DNA from: Halocafeteria seosinensis
Taxonomy: Eukaryota
Assembly (NCBI GenBank): GCA_001687465.1
Contig: LVLI01000633.1
Coordinates: forward strand, 1-64,000
Direction of reading: 5' to 3'
Length of the DNA stretch: 64,000 nt
The stretch's first letter is position 1, and every line of letters starts with the position of its first letter. A program made the position numbers and the translations under genes. The notes below the pieces were generated by a model. The model was given only the letters and a program-made list of their open reading frames with translations. It made no database searches and was not told where the DNA came from. Shown here one piece after another: positions 35,141 to 48,626 of this stretch.

Positions 35141-37750
35141 TTATCTCCGACGACTCCTAGAGACTGCGTTATTTCCTGAACCTTTTCTCAGAGCAGAGGG
35201 TCTGGCCTGTATACCTTGGCATCGCGGAATGTGCCGTTCTGCCGCAGTCTCGTTGAACGTTCGGCCACTGCACGACAACTCACAACAAAATTAAAATTCA
35301 ACAAATCGATACTACAATACAAACAGTTCTTACCAGTGTGGACATGGCACGAAACCAGAGTTCTCTTGAGATGAGGAGGGCATTTCGGGAATTTTGGCAC
35401 TTCTAATGTCCTCTCCACGGTCCTGCGCACGCTTCATTGCTCTCGCAGCTTTCATCGCCTGCCTGAGCTCTTCGCTCTTGGCCTTCCACTTATTGTTCTT
35501 GCTATTCGACTGCGAGGACTTCTCTCCTTGGGTTCGTCGTCCTCGCGGCTGTTTCACCTGCTGGGCTTCTCCAGGAACACGAACCTTGGAAGAGTCGAAC
35601 TGACGCCGCTTACTCTGAAAGACCTTCTTGCACACTTTTGCGTGCTTTTCGAAAGCCTGGGGATTGAAGTTCCTTCCACAGCTGGGGCATTCTCGTAGCT
35701 CTTGAGGTTCGTCAGCTGCTTCCATTCCTTCTGGAATTTCATACTGTGTGTGATTAGTACCTAGGGGCATATCTTCAACATTTTGCTGTTTTTCCTCCAG
35801 TTCCTCGTGCTCCGGGGGATAGTAGACTTGACGGCCCCGTGATACTGGCTGAGGTCGCGTGTTCGATCTCTGATGCGAAGAAGACGGAGCATTCCCGGGA
35901 TATTCGAAAGGTGCGTGGTCTTCAGCAGATTCAAGCGCCTGGGAATGGTAGGGAGGCTGGCTACGACCCTCGTGCGCAGAACTCAGGTGCTTTGTCGGGT
36001 CATATGAAGCCATCGGTGATAGTTCATTCCAAGAATCATTGCCGTATGCAAGCTCATGAAGGTCTCCACCATTCGAAAAGGAATCGTTGCTGTTTCCACG
36101 ATTCCGGCCTGACTGTTGACTGCCCCGGGAGCTCCCCGCCGACCGAATGCTGCCTCTACTACCCATGGAGGGATTTTTTACACCTGCTCGACGACCATAG
36201 CGAGCCACTCTGGAGGATCCATTCTCTCCCTCGATCTGGTCCAGGGAGACATGTGTTTCGCCTTGGGAAGGAGAGCTATTGTCGAAGTACAAGATAGATC
36301 TATAGGGGGCGGGCTCTTCTAGAGGTCGGCTAACTTGGCAGACGGAGCGCTTTTCTCTGGAAGGATTTGGCTGCAAGCTTTGCTTGGGATACTGTGGTTG
36401 CTGATTAACACTTGGGGGATGCCCCTGGCGAGAATGCGAGCTAGGTGGACGTCGTTGTTCGTGAAAATGAAACTCATCACTCTGAGTGGACTTCAAGTTT
36501 CGGTTGGATAACCTGCTTCTGTTCCCCGTGGGCTGTTCCTGGCTCAAGGAGGTTGCGGCGTTGTATCCGTTCTCCATTCGCGACCCCGAAATATATCTTG
36601 AGAGATCAAAGTTGTCAACATCAGTTTGAAACGACCGCGCCTGGGTTGATTGAGGTTGATTTGCCGGGTAGGGCTGAGGCCTGGCTGAATGTGCAGAAGG
36701 GGGATTCATGGGGCCATGTCTGGGAATGTTCGCATTATCGGGAGCAGTCCCTGCTGGACGTGAAGTGCCACGCGACGTACTATGTCCATACCCATTAGTA
36801 GTATTGGCTGGGTGTGGCACATTGTTCATTGGCGGCATAGCAGGATCCCGTGGCGAGGGTTCTGTCGTTGTCGGGGGAGGCACTCCAGAACCTCCGTATC
36901 CTGACGACACCGTAGGTGGAGCATGAGAGCCTCCTTTGTATCCTAAGGCATACGTCTTTGGTTGGCTGTGTACCGGTGGTCGATCATCCATGTCCATGTC
37001 GGCAAAACTGTCGTCCCATCCAGGTCTCCTAGACGAGCCCTTCGATTTCGATTTTCTTTGGCGACTCTTGTTGTCCTTACGCAAAAGGGCCATGAAAGCT
37101 TCGTCCGCAGCTTCCTGTGTATCCCGCGGATTCGGATATCCTCCAGCTGTCGCATTTCGCTGCTGTGGAACGGGCTGTTCCGTCGGTTCTTCTGCGGGGG
37201 GCGGTGCTTGGGATTGCTTTGGAGGGGCTGATTGTTTCCTGGATCCCGGAGCATATTCTTCTGCTGCTGTTGAACGATTGGATTTTATACGGCCTACACT
37301 GCTTTCACCACGCATGAGTCTTTGCATCGATCGATTGGACGCCGTCCTCGTCGGACGACGGTTGTTATCGGCGGTCATGGTTGTGCGCACATCGGTAGCG
37401 CCGCGGGCCGGGAATGGATCCATGTTGCCGGATGGACGTTCCCCAGTCGAGGGCATGGCTCCATAGCGTTCGGCGAAGTCGTCATCCACTTCTGAAAGAC
37501 AGAATGCGCACATGTATATCACAAACAGTACCAACTTCATTCATCTGTCAGTCTCATCTGACTTACGATTTTCTTTCTGGTACCCTCCTCTGGTAGGGTA
37601 ATGCGGCTTGGTTTCCGGCCGGAAGGTATGATTTTCTGACATAACACCTCTCTCCCGCTCTTCGCGCAGCCGTTTAGCTCTCTCAATGGCGGCTTTCTTT
37701 TGCTCAGCCCATTGAGCCGCTTTAGTACTCGCTACATTGTTGCTGATCAT
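35141..37750 (-). CDS. C2HC zinc-finger protein (ZC2HC1/FAM164-like) with long disordered N-terminal region (3 exons)
   Basis: ECPSCGRNFNPQAFEKHAKVCKKVFQSKRRQFDSSKVR, KWKAKSEELRQAM and spliced PCPHC|GRTFNETAAERHIPRC. Confidence 0.85.
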
Positions 37751-38331
37751 CACCGTTGGGTGTGTTCAAGCTGGTAGCGTCAACAACAATTTTATACTTT
37801 CTCTGTGTACTTTCAAGAACAGCAACGCCTTGCTGGAATTTCCCGTGCGAGCTGCTAAACCAAGGAAAAAGGAATGCTACGGATGGAAAAAAGAATCCTT
37901 AAAAAAGAAGAAGCCTTGCAAACGACGAGCTAGCAGGAATTGAAAGACCCTTTCTTCTGAATGGCTGGCTGGTGGGTTACTTGCTTCCAGACAAGAGAAG
38001 AGAGTGGATTTCACTACGATAGGATCTTAAACTATACTACATGTATCAAAACACACACACACACATACAACATGACTTCGTGCTGCTGAATTCTCGTTTC
38101 TTGGCCAACAATGAAACGAATCCAAGGGCGACCGTTTACTACCGCCGAACTCCAAATTCAACAAGACAATCTTTTCTGGCACTTACACACAACGATTTGA
38201 TTGTTGCCTTGATGGACAGAGTTTGTCGTGTGGTGTGGAAGTAAGTCTAGGGCTTGCTAGTGCTTATTACGGGCGATGTTCGTGTCCTTTCTGCGTCAGA
38301 ACTGTACTATATCCAGAACAAGTGGGCGACA

Positions 38332-41266
38332 ATGGCGGAGAGTGCCATGTCGGTGCAGTATTCACCTCGAAATCCTCCTGTCTTGACGGCTTTAGTGGTG
38401 GGGTCAGTCAGCCCCACACGACCTCATACAGCGCATTCTTCTGCTCCAAAACACGATGAACGAGGTCCCTTCGAATCTTCCGTGGAATTCAAACAAGTCA
38501 AGGAGGCTACAAAGGACGCCGATGGGTCCTGCCAGGCTCCAGTGTTGAGCAAGTACGTACGGAAATTTGAAAAACACTTCATTGGGTTCATACGCATCAC
38601 TCTCTCTTGTCTCTGTGTGTGTGTAAATTATTAATTGCTGTGCAGTGTCGGTATTTCCGGAGACTTTGCCATTGCGCGATATTTCGCACATGGACGTGGA
38701 TTGTACCTGCACGGCACAGTGCAGGAAAAGTGTCAGATGGAGCAATGGCTTGACTTCACACAAACTGTAGCCTCCAGGTACGTCCTGAGCACTACGTAGC
38801 AGAGATATTTTAGCTTTCCAGTACATTCACATCCTTGGGCTTGTTGCTCTATGTTCAGAATTCCGGAGCACGCAGCCGCATTTGTCGAGAAATATCTCGC
38901 CACGAGGACGTATCTTGTGGGATACAGGTTCAGTCTGGCCGATATTGCTTTGGCAACAACTTTTAGAGCTACCTCAAACGTGGCTAGCATGCTACAGGAC
39001 GCTGTGCAATATCCCTCGTTGAGTCGATGGTACAAACTTGTGCAGTCTCGAGTGGACTTCAACGTTGTTCAAGCCTATCAAAACGAGCGTAAGAAAGCGG
39101 AAGCTATCGCTCAGAAACAGAAAGGAGGCAGCTCTCAAAACCAAGGAGGGAGTGGTGCCGGTGGTAAATCAAAGAAACCGCCTAAAGCTGGATATCTTCC
39201 CGGACTTGTTGGTGCTAAAGAAGGAGAAGTAGTCACCCGGTTCCCCCCTGAACCAAGCGGGTATCTCCATATTGGGCATGTCAAGGCCGTTATCCTCAAT
39301 CATTATTATGCTCGATACTACAAAGGGAAGCTAGTGGTATGAGTTTTTGACCAAAGTCCATACAACAACCTCTGTTGAGGATACATCTGCTTTTGTTTTC
39401 TTGCTCCTGTACTATCAGCTTCGCTTCGACGACACGAATCCGATTAAGGAGAAGGCTGAGTATGAAGATAGTATCATCGAAGATTTGGCTCGGCTGGACA
39501 TTGTTCCTGATCGCGTCAGCCACACGAGCGATTTCTTCCCTGAGGTAAGTACTGTTTTCTTGTTCGTCTGTTGTCAGCGAGTTGGCTCCAACCTGCTTGC
39601 TCGTTCCAGATTATCGAATACGCGCGCAAGCTTCTTCGAGACGGAAATGCCTATGCCGATGACACGCTGAAGGAACAGATGAGGCAAGAGCGGATGGATG
39701 GTATTGAATCAAGTCGCAGGTAAGTTGCTATTTGCCAATGATACACTGGCGAGCTCTTCGTGAACATCACTGGTCCATTTTGCAGAAAGGAGAGTATCGA
39801 AAACAACTTACAGCGATTTGAACAAATGCTTCAGGGAGGAGAAGAAGGACTTAAGTGGTGTCTACGGGCCAAAATCGACATGAAGAATAAGAATAAGGCA
39901 CTGCGTGACCCTGTGATCTTCCGTTGCCAAGATCAGCCTCACTCCCGGACTGGGAATCAATACAAGGCGTATCCTACTTACGACTTCTCGTGCCCAATCG
40001 TTGACAGTATTGAAGGGATTACGCATGTGACACGTACTACGGAATTTAAAGATAGAGATCCGCAGTATACGTGGATTCAAGAACGCCTAGGCTTGCGAAA
40101 GTGCGAGTTTGCCGAGTTTGCTCGGATGAACTTTGAATACACCGTTCTGTCCAAGAGAAAGCTTACCAAGCTGGTAGACGATGGACACGTAGAGGGTTGG
40201 AATGATCCGCGATTCCCCACGGTGCAGGGATGTCTTCGGCGGGGAATGCAAGTTGAGGCCTTGAAGGAGTTTATTCTTGCACAAGGCGCCAGCACCCGTG
40301 TTGTCGATATGGAGTGGGACAAGTTCTGGGCGACGAACAAGAAAATCATCGACCCCAGTGCCGGTAGATACAGCGTTGTATCGCGAGACTATTATGTGCC
40401 AGTGGAGCTTTATGGAGATGGACTGCCTTTACCTATCGAGTACCGCAGTGCCCCTCTACATCCACAAAATAAGGCGGCGGGGACTAAGATGTTTCAATTC
40501 GGTAGAAAAATACTCCTGGAAGGCGGTGATGTCGAAATGTGCAAAGAGGGCGAGGAAGTTACACTAATGAAATGGGGAAACGCCATTATCCGATCCATAG
40601 AGAAAGATTCAGTTGGAAGGGTATGTACAGGGATAAGAATTAGCGTGAGCCTCCGAATGCGACTTCTCTTTTGCTATGTTTGCTCGCAGCTCTCCAAGGT
40701 TAAAATGGAATTGCATTTGGATGGGGATTTTAAGAAAACTGAGAAAAAACTTACCTGGGTGACGGAAACTGTAAGTTGTGTTCATGAATGCAGGTAGTGG
40801 TTCTCTTATATGCATTCTTCTCTCCACAGGATCAACTCGTTTCGTGTCATTTGATTGAGTACGACGTCCTTGTGACGAAGCCGAAGATGGAGGAAGATGA
40901 TAACGTGAAGGATTTTATCAACCCGCAAAGTAGAAGCGACAGCTATGTACGTACACAGGTTGGAATCCCATTGACGACTTACATACTTGTACTATTCATA
41001 CTCTCGTTATACAGGCTATCGGAGAAGCAGCATTGGCAAACTTAGAGGAAAATGCATTTATTCAGCTTGAACGTCGGGGCTACTATCGTGTAGATAGACC
41101 GTACATGGGACCCAATAAACCGATTGTACTGTTCCAAATTCCAGACGGCAAACGTAAGAATATGAGTCACCTTACATCTAACATTCAACGAGTAGAAGTA
41201 GCCCAGTATGATGCAAAGGTGAAGGCAACCAAAGAGAGAAAGGCCGCCGCCAAGCAGAAGCAATAG
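38332..41266 (+). CDS. GluRS: Cytoplasmic glutamyl-tRNA synthetase with N-terminal GST-like domain (multi-exon)
   Basis: [70 protein letters not shown]-like [15 protein letters not shown]. Confidence 0.97.
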
Positions 41267-41520
41267 ATTACATAGTCAGTGGAAGCATGAGGTGAAGGAA
41301 ACGAATATATTTATAGGCCGTAACGAACGAACATACGTACACACACATCAAGTGCAACTTCGATTGTCGACCGCGCATAGACCCATATCTATGCGACGAC
41401 TGTCTTCACTCTATTCAACCAGATTCGGCATTGCACGGACTTAGAATTGACCTGTGAACGCCTCTTGTTCTGCATGCCACAGCAATGTTTGTGAAAAAAT
41501 TAGAAAGTCATCAATACAAA

Positions 41521-43194
41521 TTACTCATGAAGGAACCTACCGGCTTTCTGATTTTTCCTCTTCTGAATCTGTGTCTTCTTGATTTTTATTTCCATTGGTC
41601 TCAAGAAATCTTTTTCAAAGTTGTCAAAAAAGGGCTGCAGACTTGTATGCCGATAAAGAGGAACACCTTCTTCTTTCGCCTCGTCAATAGCTGCTTGATG
41701 TATCTTCGTGCCCTCCTCGATCACAGAAGACAGCGTTGGGACACGATCGGGGAAAAACGTATCCAAATCATTTATCGTAAGCGGAACGCAAACCTTTTCA
41801 GTTTTAGGATGAACGCAGAAGGGACTCTTTAGTAAATGGTTTTGTGTCTTGGTCACGTTGATATCTATCCTTGGGTAGACAAATGCGAAAACAATCTTCA
41901 TTTCGAGTTTTTTAAGCTCTGCTTCCTTTTGCCGGGTTGTGGATTTTCTGTCGCTTTCCTGCTTAATTAGGGAACGGAGCTTTGCCCACTTGTCTTCCGG
42001 ATTATCTTCTGACAGCCATGAATTGGGAATCTCTTCGGGGATCATTGTTTCTAGTTTAGCTCTTTTGTTCGGATCGCTTCCTAGCCAGCCCTGGTGTTCA
42101 TCTCCACTCAATTGAAGAAACGTATCCTCGAGAAGCTGGTACGCTCGTCTGCACCCCGATAAATGGAACGAAGACAACAATGACCAGCGTATGATTTCAT
42201 CCAGTAGCCACACCAAGCAAAATAAAATTACGTACTTATGCATTGGATGGGGAGGATCAGTGACGTCAACATTAACTTGCGATGCCTCGTCGCTGGCACC
42301 ACTAACCGTTGAAAAATACTCGACCACAGCAGCGCGGCCTTCATTTTTTAGTGCCCGTGCTTTATCATCCGAAACCCAACAGTGAACACCTCGTCGTCCT
42401 GAGAATACCCACACCACATGCTCGTATCCAAAGTCCTCTGTGTAGTTATCACAGAACAAAAATAAATTCAATCGTTTCTCAGTCCCCTACATGCATAATT
42501 GGCAATAAATTACACCAAAAACTAAACACATACCTCTGAGGCGATCATCCATAACACGAATAGCTGCATTCATCAGCAACCAGCAGCTATTGCACACACT
42601 AGCTCCACTGCAGCAAGTCCGCACGTCGTCATAGTCTGGCATCATTCAGAACGTTTACAGTGACAGCCATCAAGAATTCGGGTATACTCTCATGTCGTTC
42701 CTCATAAGCCTTACCTGTTAAGTCAATATCAAACACGAGTTCCCTTTCCACGGGTTTAAACTTCCCCGGAGCAATCGTTTTATGTTCCGCCGGCTGCGCA
42801 TCGAAGCTCAGAGATCATTACCTAGCAAACGACACAGAAGCACAACCTGTATCAGGCGACGTACTGGTGCTGTAAACACGGCTCCTATATCAATTTTATA
42901 GGGCCTTTTCTGAACAATACTGGATGCGAGTTTGGCTTGATTTTCAAAACTCTGGTAGCGGACATAAATGTCATTCTCTAGTGTATACGAGAACTCCCTT
43001 CGATGGAAGAAGTTTGTCTCCTTGGGGTCTTGATTATATGAGAGCCATCTATACAAGAGATTATGGGGGAAATACTTGCCTGCAAAGCCACAAAATCATC
43101 CTCAAAGTATCCCACCTTCATTTGAATTGTCTCGTTTGAGCATCACAACCAACTCACGATAGTATATATCCAGCAGATTCTCAAAGTCACTCAT
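41521..43194 (-). CDS. PRIM1: DNA primase small (catalytic) subunit (multi-exon)
   Basis: [59 protein letters not shown]. Confidence 0.95.
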
Positions 43195-43585
43195 TGTTGT
43201 CTCTGTGGGTGGGGATACAGTAGAGTACAGTACAGTACAACGACGGTCTTCTTCTTGTTCCTACTCTGTGGGTACAGAACCTTCAATACACTCCATCCCT
43301 CCGATTTGAAATGGAAACCGGGACGCAACTTCAACGTCATCCTGCTGAGTGCAACAAAAGATTGCTGGCTTCCTCCGGAAAGAAACAAAAGAGGGCTTCA
43401 GGGGGCCTGGGCGTAGCTAAGAAACGATGAGGAATTCTTTTCGTGTTTGTTGATGATTCTCTCGTTGATTGATGAACTGTTCGCTTCCACTTTGTAGTGT
43501 TGTTTGTCGTACGCTACCCTATGCACTTTTAAAGGCGGTATTCTGAGCTGGTTGGAAGATATAAAGTCTTTGTTTGTCGAGGACA

Positions 43586-46507
43586 ATGGAGGAGCATTCA
43601 GGCGCTTCAAATGCCAACGCGGTGTCCAAAGAGGATGTGATTAAGTTTCTCGAGTCTCATGGAATGGAGGACATGGTGCAACATGTCCAACAACGACTAG
43701 AAGAGAGCCCGGAAATGGATGTCCTCAGCAACCAGGACCAATGGAAACGCTTTTACCGCGCAAGGACACGCAGCACAGCTCCTTTGGCACGATTTATTTA
43801 CCAAAAAGTGCAAGACTTAATCACCTGGGCATTTGCGGCATCGGACGTCTTGAGACCCTGGATCTTGGAAGCGGTCTTCCCCGTGTTCGTCATTGGCGTC
43901 CTGGAACTCAGGGCGGCCTTGGACGTCGTATACGCGAGGAAATTGCTCAATGAAGGGTACAAATACTTTGCTGCATGGCACAGTCATCAACTGGAAAGAC
44001 TCCATGCGGTGTTGGAAATTAATCATTTGGATATTCCGTCCCCCATGGGATTGTCTGTTATCGCAGAGCAACGCGGACGAGATGTGTCGGGGGCAGACGC
44101 AAGAGGCTTGTTAAAGGTCATAAACAGTTCATTGAAGCGAGAATTCGATGTACGTTTCCTCCTAGAATGGCTAGATCCTAGTCGGCAATGCGAAGTATAT
44201 CTGCCGCGGATAGTGCATAAAATGTTTCTCAGTTATGTCACTGTTTCGGGGAACTTCTTCGCCTTGGCTGTCTTTTCTAAGAGGGTCACAACCCAGGTTG
44301 TGGATGAGGGGTCCATCTGGGATAACAATGGGACTCTATCACTTCAACGGGTTTCGAATGCACATAGCTGTGGCATGAATCGTAAATTGAATTCGGATGA
44401 GTTTATACGTTCAACCCATGAGCAGCACACGAGAGTCACGAGTCCTTTTAGCGGTTTTACTGTTCAATCGCCACTGAGCTCTCGAGACGGACGCGACCTT
44501 TCGGTACGCTGCGCAAATTTTTTACCGTCTGTTTTCTACAGGGAAGCTATCAATTGTCGACTTCCTGAGAATTCTGACAGCGGTTTCTTGACAGCGTTTC
44601 AATTGTTAAAGTTGGATGAGTCGGTGAAAGAAGTGATCCAAAAAAACAGACTGTATGAGATGGCAAGTGAGAAGTACTTCTCTGTGAAGCCTACAACACC
44701 GCGCATTGCCAAATACAATGAGCTATCCTTCTACACGAACGCAGCGAAAGCAACGTCCCAGACAATGGAAATGCTCCGTTCTGCTCTAGTGAGTGATATC
44801 TACCGAGCACGTAGTGGCGTCGGTGGAACCTACCTCATATATTTGGATCAAAGGGCGTCATTGATCACCTCTCAAAAAGAATTAGAAGAGATGCTTCGGT
44901 CACGAGAAACATCGTTCGACCGTTCTGGCGAACTTGTTGCCACAGATTATGACATTTCTCGCGATGGCCAGTTAGAGGATGTGGTGTACCCTCACCAGTA
45001 CGGTACCAAAGCTGTGGAACGCATCGGAATAGAGAGGCTACAAAACATGCAGGGAGTATATTTGGTCAAACCGACCAGAGCTCCCTCTGCCGTGTGTATG
45101 ACGTTTACAAAGGGATATGGTAACGTATCATGTGTCTCGTGCGACGTTGAAGGACAACTTGTTGTCGCGGGCTGTCTAGACGGTTCTTTACGGATATTTG
45201 ATTACCACAAAAAGAGGAGTGAGGATAATGCCACCGGAATTACCCGTCTTGTGGGACACGATGCAGCCATTACATCGGCTGCTTGTTCTTCGGATTCGAA
45301 GTGGCTGCTCTCGGGAGATGTGCATGGATGCATCCTTCTGTGGGCGCCCAGACTTCGGACTGGGGACAGTGCTTCAACGTGCTACAGTCGTCCGTTGTGT
45401 GTGTACAAGGGACATTTCGGACCAGTATGGTGTATTGCATGGAATAACCACTCACCAGGAATGTTCGCTACTGGTGGTCGAGATGGTACTGTTCGTGTAT
45501 GGTTAACGCACCAAACGTGTGCTTGTCGCATACTTGTAGGCCACACGGCCGACACAACCTCTATTCAATTCACCTCAAATGGAACTCAACTCCTTACAGG
45601 CAGTAGAGATGGAACTTGTCGGTTATGGAATGTAGCAGAAGGTGAATGTGTGCAGACGTTTGGAGGCCACTCGTCTGAAGTAAATGCAGTCGCTGTCTCG
45701 TTAAGTAATCAACTGATTGCTACAGGAACTGTAAACGGCGTCATCAAGTTGTGGGCCCCTAGTGTAAATCAATGCTTGCGAACAATTTACGGTGCCCATC
45801 GTTCCCCAATTACTGCGCTCAAGTGGAGTATATGCCAGAGCGTGTTGATATCAGCTTCCACTGACGGATGCGTCCGTTGCTGGGGCGTAAATTCGTGCCT
45901 CGAAGGGTTGGACAGTGCTATACTCAGCGGCTACTTCCACCGCGCTTCTGATACAGCCTCTTCCAAGAAACCTATTCGTGGCGGCAAACCAAAAAGAGGC
46001 CGCTCAAAGTCTCCTGAAGAATCTGGCACGAAGAAGAAAAAGCAAAGCAGTCACAAGGGTAAAAACAGATCAAACGGAGATAAAGTCAGTCAACAGTTTA
46101 AAAGCAATAAAACAAAAACTGATGTGTCTGAATCCCGGACGGGCAAGAGAAAGAGTAAACTGGGACAACGAGGTAGTTTTCTTCGGTTTGGTGTACAGCT
46201 GGCCCTAGCGTACTTACGGAAGACTTGCGGGATTGGGAGTCTGAGGAACACACTATTCAGGTGGGGCGAATCTTCACCCGTATCACAGCTTGAGCGAGCT
46301 CGGCAACTATTGATGCACAATCAAGCGCAACCAGATCGAGGACCATTGTTCACAGAAATCGGTGATAGCGGACTTTGTCTATCTGAATGGTGGACTTTGG
46401 ATTCCAGTGTTCTGGACGTCCATGTGACGGGGAAGAACTTGGTCGTAGTTTTTGCCACAAAAAACATGCACTTCCATAGGAAACAGGGGCATAAATCGGT
46501 GAGCTAG
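43586..46507 (+). CDS. TAF5: TAF5-like WD40-repeat protein (TFIID/SAGA subunit), intronless
   Basis: N-terminal V..FL...G (LisH-like) and VFPVFV (NTD2-like) segments; WD40 repeats incl. VYKGHFGPVW, RILVGHTADT, TGSRDGTCRLW. Confidence 0.75.
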   Translation: MEEHSGASNANAVSKEDVIKFLESHGMEDMVQHVQQRLEESPEMDVLSNQDQWKRFYRARTRSTAPLARFIYQKVQDLITWAFAASDVLRPWILEAVFPVFVIGVLELRAALDVVYARKLLNEGYKYFAAWHSHQLERLHAVLEINHLDIPSPMGLSVIAEQRGRDVSGADARGLLKVINSSLKREFDVRFLLEWLDPSRQCEVYLPRIVHKMFLSYVTVSGNFFALAVFSKRVTTQVVDEGSIWDNNGTLSLQRVSNAHSCGMNRKLNSDEFIRSTHEQHTRVTSPFSGFTVQSPLSSRDGRDLSVRCANFLPSVFYREAINCRLPENSDSGFLTAFQLLKLDESVKEVIQKNRLYEMASEKYFSVKPTTPRIAKYNELSFYTNAAKATSQTMEMLRSALVSDIYRARSGVGGTYLIYLDQRASLITSQKELEEMLRSRETSFDRSGELVATDYDISRDGQLEDVVYPHQYGTKAVERIGIERLQNMQGVYLVKPTRAPSAVCMTFTKGYGNVSCVSCDVEGQLVVAGCLDGSLRIFDYHKKRSEDNATGITRLVGHDAAITSAACSSDSKWLLSGDVHGCILLWAPRLRTGDSASTCYSRPLCVYKGHFGPVWCIAWNNHSPGMFATGGRDGTVRVWLTHQTCACRILVGHTADTTSIQFTSNGTQLLTGSRDGTCRLWNVAEGECVQTFGGHSSEVNAVAVSLSNQLIATGTVNGVIKLWAPSVNQCLRTIYGAHRSPITALKWSICQSVLISASTDGCVRCWGVNSCLEGLDSAILSGYFHRASDTASSKKPIRGGKPKRGRSKSPEESGTKKKKQSSHKGKNRSNGDKVSQQFKSNKTKTDVSESRTGKRKSKLGQRGSFLRFGVQLALAYLRKTCGIGSLRNTLFRWGESSPVSQLERARQLLMHNQAQPDRGPLFTEIGDSGLCLSEWWTLDSSVLDVHVTGKNLVVVFATKNMHFHRKQGHKSVS

Positions 46508-46579
46508 GGTAGTTTGTACTCCTAAACGGTAGATTTTTGAAGTTACTGCAAGCTCTGTGTACTGTGCCGACCATAAGAC

Positions 46580-46945
46580 AGTTTCATTGAGGTGCGAGCT
46601 TCCAGATCGTCAATGGCGAACTCGTATCCTACCTTCATCTCGCCCTTTTCGCGATTGATCACCGCCGCCTCAGAATGCAAATTTTCCACCATTATCTTAC
46701 GTGGTGCTTGGTTCTACGAATTTCCACGTATTCGAGAAACCCCATCGTGTTCACTCTGATGACGAAGCGGACGTAACGGATTTCTCGTCGCGATACAGAG
46801 ATTTTCCGGTTTATACGTCACAAGCTGTAGAGTCCATATATCGCGGTGCGAGTGGTGAATTTCCAGTAAAATTATGGGTCCCCTTGCCAGAGCCATATGA
46901 TGGTGTTGACGAAAACAGCTCAGCGTAGCTAACATGATGGAAGCA
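46580..46945 (-). pseudogene. Orphan family copy 1 (highly degenerate fragment)
   Basis: TRNPLRPLRHQSEHD and the MKVGYEFAID-like stretch match the copy at 48627-49106. Confidence 0.6.
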
Positions 46946-47099
46946 AAAGGTATGCTTGCGCAGACTAATTCACTACATGCTGATGGAATAGAGTAAGACA
47001 CAGGCATAGTGTATAAGTGCACAATAACCAGATTCACAAGGACCTGACAATGTATCCAGACCCCACTGTGTAGCCACTACGCATGTATTTCTGCAATCT

Positions 47100-47790
47100 T
47101 GCAGATTCGTAAGAGGTCAGGCAGCTGCTATGATGTTCCATGAAATACGAAACCAGGGTTAAGAAAACGCAGGTCGACCCGGCATTGATGGCCATGTACA
47201 GTGTATGGTCCTACACACGTTCGAGTTGATTCCCCTTAATGTTCGCAACCGAACTCAAATTATCCACGAACTTTTTGACGTAATATTTAGCCCCACGGAC
47301 ACCTATATATCCAACGTATCCTTCATCGGATGACATGAAGATAAAAAATCCGTTGTAGCGGATTTCTTGAGGTGTACACATCGAGTGTTTCCCCTTTCCA
47401 ATGGGTCTTCCTGTAGAGTAGCCGTCCTCCCTATTTGGGTCGCGATCCCTGGGGGTAACGTGCAAAATGTACCATGCTTTTTAGGAGTTCCACCCATGCT
47501 TTCGAACTTGGGAGATCGGTTAGATCGAAACCATGCTGAATTGGTTGCGTGGAACGAGAATGGAGAATCTACACGGATGAGAGAATAGCGCTCTTACCTA
47601 GGAATCATCATCCACCGGACAGTCCCAGTAGTAGTAGTAGTGCGGGGCCTATTTTGGTATTTCATCTGATTCACTTCCGTCGGAATTTGAGGGGCCTGTA
47701 ACACGCCGCCTGTAAAGTTGAAAATTGCCTTTGCACTGGAACTGAACTGGAGCTGCTGGATAATTCTTACCACCTGTACCTTGCCCTTCA
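47100..47790 (-). pseudogene. Orphan family copy 2 (frameshifted)
   Basis: Closely similar to 50780-51330 (FFIFMSSDEGYVGYIGVRGAKYYVKKFV) but with deletions, frameshifts and a disrupted exon-1 end. Confidence 0.8.
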
Positions 47791-48626
47791 CTCACTCTCT
47801 GACTCACTATTCTTGGTTGTGTTGGCTGTACTTTTTCAAAAGGTGTAAAACATTTGTGAACGAGTTCAGCTTTCGGTCGGGTAAAGCTTTACCGCCAACT
47901 TCCCCTCTCTCGTTACACGACAGTGGCTCTTACACCACACTTGAGGCCACTCTTATCCTCCCATTGAACCATAGACGGTATGACGGACCTTAAATCTGTA
48001 GGGTCATACTTCTTTTGCGTTTTGCTGCTGGATTCGAATGTTTCCGGCCGCTTCACTGCTTTGTCCAGTTTCCATTGCGGGAAGATTATAAGAGCATATG
48101 CCTAGCCCCCGCTTGAACCAAGGTGTCACAGAATTATGTGAACTTTTCAAAGGTGTTATCGACCAACAAGACCAGGATCCGCAGCATACCGTAATGTCAA
48201 CAGTTCAACATAGTTTAACTTTTTAGTCAGTTTGTCGTCAAGAGTCTAAAGACTCCTAGTTAGCGTAAGCCTTAGAGGTGTAACCTACACAGAGTAGGTT
48301 TCACTCCCTAGCGTGGCATGGAGACTACACTTCTTCCGGTAGGAGCAATACATTAGCTAATAGAGACAAACAAAACGTTGGTGTTAGCTTTTCCCCAAAG
48401 CAATGGATAGGAAACAGAGCTATAATTTAGCGGGCCAATGTAACACGGCAGTTTGTCGTTTCGAACTCGAGAGGACGAGTAAGTACCAGTAGGGTAAGTG
48501 CATCGATGGGGACACACACACACACACACCCCTAGTTCAGCGCATGTGTATTTATTGCCTGTATTGTGTTAGACTCCATTTTGAAGGTGATGGGTAATCG
48601 TGTTGCAGCTTGCAGGTTGCAAGAGT

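Noticed and set aside
32161..37466. Numerous 60-180-aa antisense ORFs over ValRS and the C2HC gene
   Set aside because: Shadow ORFs of real coding strands.
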